This document shows positions 61,708 to 64,000 of a stretch of 64,000 bases of DNA, piece by piece. The position numbers and the translations under genes were made by a program. Under the pieces are notes generated by a model. That model was not told the DNA's origin, searched no databases, and worked only from the letters and a program-made list of their open reading frames with translations. The stretch's first letter is position 1. Every line of letters begins with the position of its first letter. Source of the stretch: an uncultured Thermoleophilia bacterium (GTDB taxonomy: Bacteria; Actinomycetota; Thermoleophilia; Gaiellales; F1-60-MAGs149); assembly GCA_963800515.1 (NCBI GenBank), contig CAWDBC010000013.1:19990-83989 (forward strand). The letters are read 5' to 3'.

Positions 61708-63952
61708 CCGCCCACCCGCGTCGCGAACCGGTCGTCGTAGATCTGCATGTTGCCGTTGTCGTAGATCAACCCGAGCCGCGTCGCCTGGTTGAACTTGTCG
61801 AGGAGAGCGGCGGGGAAGGTCGGCTGGCCGTAGTCGACGTTGCCCCAGCCGGTGAGCTCGGCCTTGCCGAAGTAGCCGAGGTAGCGGGGCTTCAGGGTGG
61901 AGATCCGTCGGTCGACGACGAGGAAGCGGACCTTCTGGTTGTCGATGTAGAAGTTGAGCCCCTTCTCCGTCTCGTCGCGGAACGGGATCCAGGAGCCGAA
62001 GCCCGGCGACTGCTGGTCGCCGTAGACGGAGAAGATGACCTGGGACTGCTGGTCGCCGACGAGCCGCTGGCCGGTCCCGCGATTGCGCAGCCAGCCCGCG
62101 GCCGCCACCATGTCCTTCGTCGCCGTCTCGGGCCCCGCCGCGCGAGCCGGCGTGTTCGCCGGGAACCGGCCGCCCTGGTTGTCGCCGATGGCGATCCCGC
62201 CGGCGAGCAGGAGGAAGAGGATGGGGGCCGACCAGAAGAGGCCGGGACGGCGCCTCGGGGCGAACCTCCGCACCAGCCGGCGCGGGAACCTCCGGGACGT
62301 CCAGTCGAGGCCGGCCGCCACGTAGACGGCGACCCCGAGGAAGAGGAACGGCCACGCGCGCAGCGCGAGGTCCGCCGTCGGTGAGGCGATCATCGGCGCG
62401 GTCACGGTCCAGGCGAGCGGGCCGAGGAGCCCGAGCGCGAGGAGCGCGGCGCCGTGCCGGTGACGGTGGTGGCCCCGGAAGCTGCCGCTCCGCCGGATGA
62501 CGAGCACGCCGACGACGACGAGCACGAAGACGAGCCCGGGGTAGGCGCGCGTCATCATGTGGTCGAAGAACGGCAGGGGCGCGGAGCCGCCGGAGCCGCC
62601 GCCGGTCCGGCTCTTGTTGAGGAGCGTCGTGGACTCGAGACCCGGCCGCCGACCTTGCTCAGCTTGCCGATGATGCCCGAGGCGATCGTGAAGCGGCTGC
62701 CGAGGTTCGACTTCAGGTAGTGGATCGAGTGCGGCTCGAAGGACAGCCAGGCGATCGGCAGGACGACCGAGGCGATCGCCGGCACCAGCAGGCGCTCCAC
62801 GAGGCGCCGGTGCCGGATCACCGACAGGAGCCAGAAGAGGACGATCGAGATCGCCGCCAGGTACGAGCTGACGTGGTGGGTGACGGACACCCCGGCGATC
62901 AGCAGCACGAGCAGGCCGATGTCCTGGTTCGTCCGGCGGGGTCGGGACGGCGAGAGGAGGATGCCCAGATCGCGAGGAAGAAGACGATGCCGAGCGACTC
63001 GTAGGAGAAGATGTCGTGGAAGAAGCCGTAGCTCGTGTTCGTCGTGTAGACGATGGCGACGAGGAAGGCGACCTTCGGCCGTCGCCCCAGGCCGAGCGCG
63101 GCGAGGTAGACCAGGAGCGGGATCAGGATGTGCAGGGTGAGGGTGACGATCCTCGTCGCCGCGAGCGTCGAGACGCCCGTGGCGCCGTGCAGCGTGAGTG
63201 CCGTGAACTCGAGGCCCGGATAGTCCCCCGGAATCGGGTAGAAGGTCTCCTTGATGTTCAGGTTCCCGACCGACTGGAGGTGCTGGAGGACCTGGAGATG
63301 GAAGAACTCGTCGGTGAAGATCAGGCGACGGGGCGCCCGCAGGTAGTACGGGAGCCAGAGCAGGAGGCCCATGCCGGCCAGCGCCACCGCGTGGGTCGAG
63401 ATGCGCGGCCGGCAGCCGAACCCGGCGGCGAGGACGCCCGTGAAGGCAAGGCCCACGCCGAGCCAGTACCCCTGGTAGCCGAGGCGGTCGGCGTAGGTCG
63501 TGACGAGCAGCGCGATGCCCAGCAGGTACACCCCGAGCGCCCCGACCAGGCGGTAGGGCTCGGCGTCGCGCGGCGCCTCCGAGACGTCGCGGAGGGCGGC
63601 CTTCGTCGGTGCGCCGGGATCGGCCTGGATGCCGGCCGGGGGGCGCGTCGATCTCGACGGCGGGGAGGACGGGAGCGTCGAGGACGGAGGTCCCGCCGGA
63701 CTCCTTCAGGGCCATCGGCGCCTCGAGGACGGCGAAGGGACCGTCGTCGTCGACGTCCCCGGTCCGGTCGTCGTCGTCGGACGGGGGGGCCAGCCGTCCG
63801 GCACGCCCCCGCGGGTACGTCGTCGCGAGCCGGTCCTCGATCGCGAACGCCTGCGCGCGAGCCGCTGTCCACGTCGAGCGCGGAGAGGGGCTCGCCCGCG
63901 CCCGGGCCTCCCGGAGGCGTACGGAGGCGGTCGTCCAGGCGTGAGGGCTCAC
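61704..63952 (-). CDS. Polytopic membrane protein, GT-C-like / glycan-locus type (frameshifted)
   Basis: FTDEFFH acidic first loop, YPGLE, FSYESLG, VTHHVSS, RAWPF, C-terminal IYDNGNMQIY; more than 10 TM segments across three frames. Confidence 0.62.
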
Positions 63953-64000
63953 GTCGCACCTCACTCAGTAAAGCCGTGTTCTCCCCGACATGCAACGTGG

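Overview
Very GC-rich (roughly 75% by eye), gene-dense actinobacterial chromosome segment. Signal-peptide and C-terminal motifs suggest Thermoleophilia (Gaiellales/Solirubrobacterales), which is an inference. About 50 CDS; no rRNA, tRNA, CRISPR array, transposase, integrase or phage gene is recognisable. Several blocks (about 8.7-17.0, 22.9-27.0, 45.1-48.1 and 57.0-63.6 kb) carry many single-base indels, most likely long-read consensus errors, so gene ends there are approximate. Main content: a phosphotriesterase/FAD-oxidoreductase/Gfo operon; azlCD; two paralogous secreted CSLREA beta-helix proteins; a TetR-controlled amine-catabolic locus (CntA-type Rieske oxygenase without reductase, orphan ORF, acyl-CoA dehydrogenase, ADP-forming acyl-CoA ligase, Pot-type ABC importer, divergent flavin amine oxidase); an MprAB-like two-component system; MerR-MFS; kup; a collagen-like protein; PadR; corA; MMPL; a DEAD-box helicase; a CDF transporter; a LexA-box-preceded hypothetical gene; sulfate ABC genes; a betaine ABC importer with dimethylglycine oxidase; and the edge of a surface-glycan locus. 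Best leads for new biology: the Rieske/CoA amine-catabolic locus, the SOS-box gene, a 27-aa membrane peptide followed by a highly base-paired ~185-nt intergenic element, and the modular CSLREA and collagen surface proteins.
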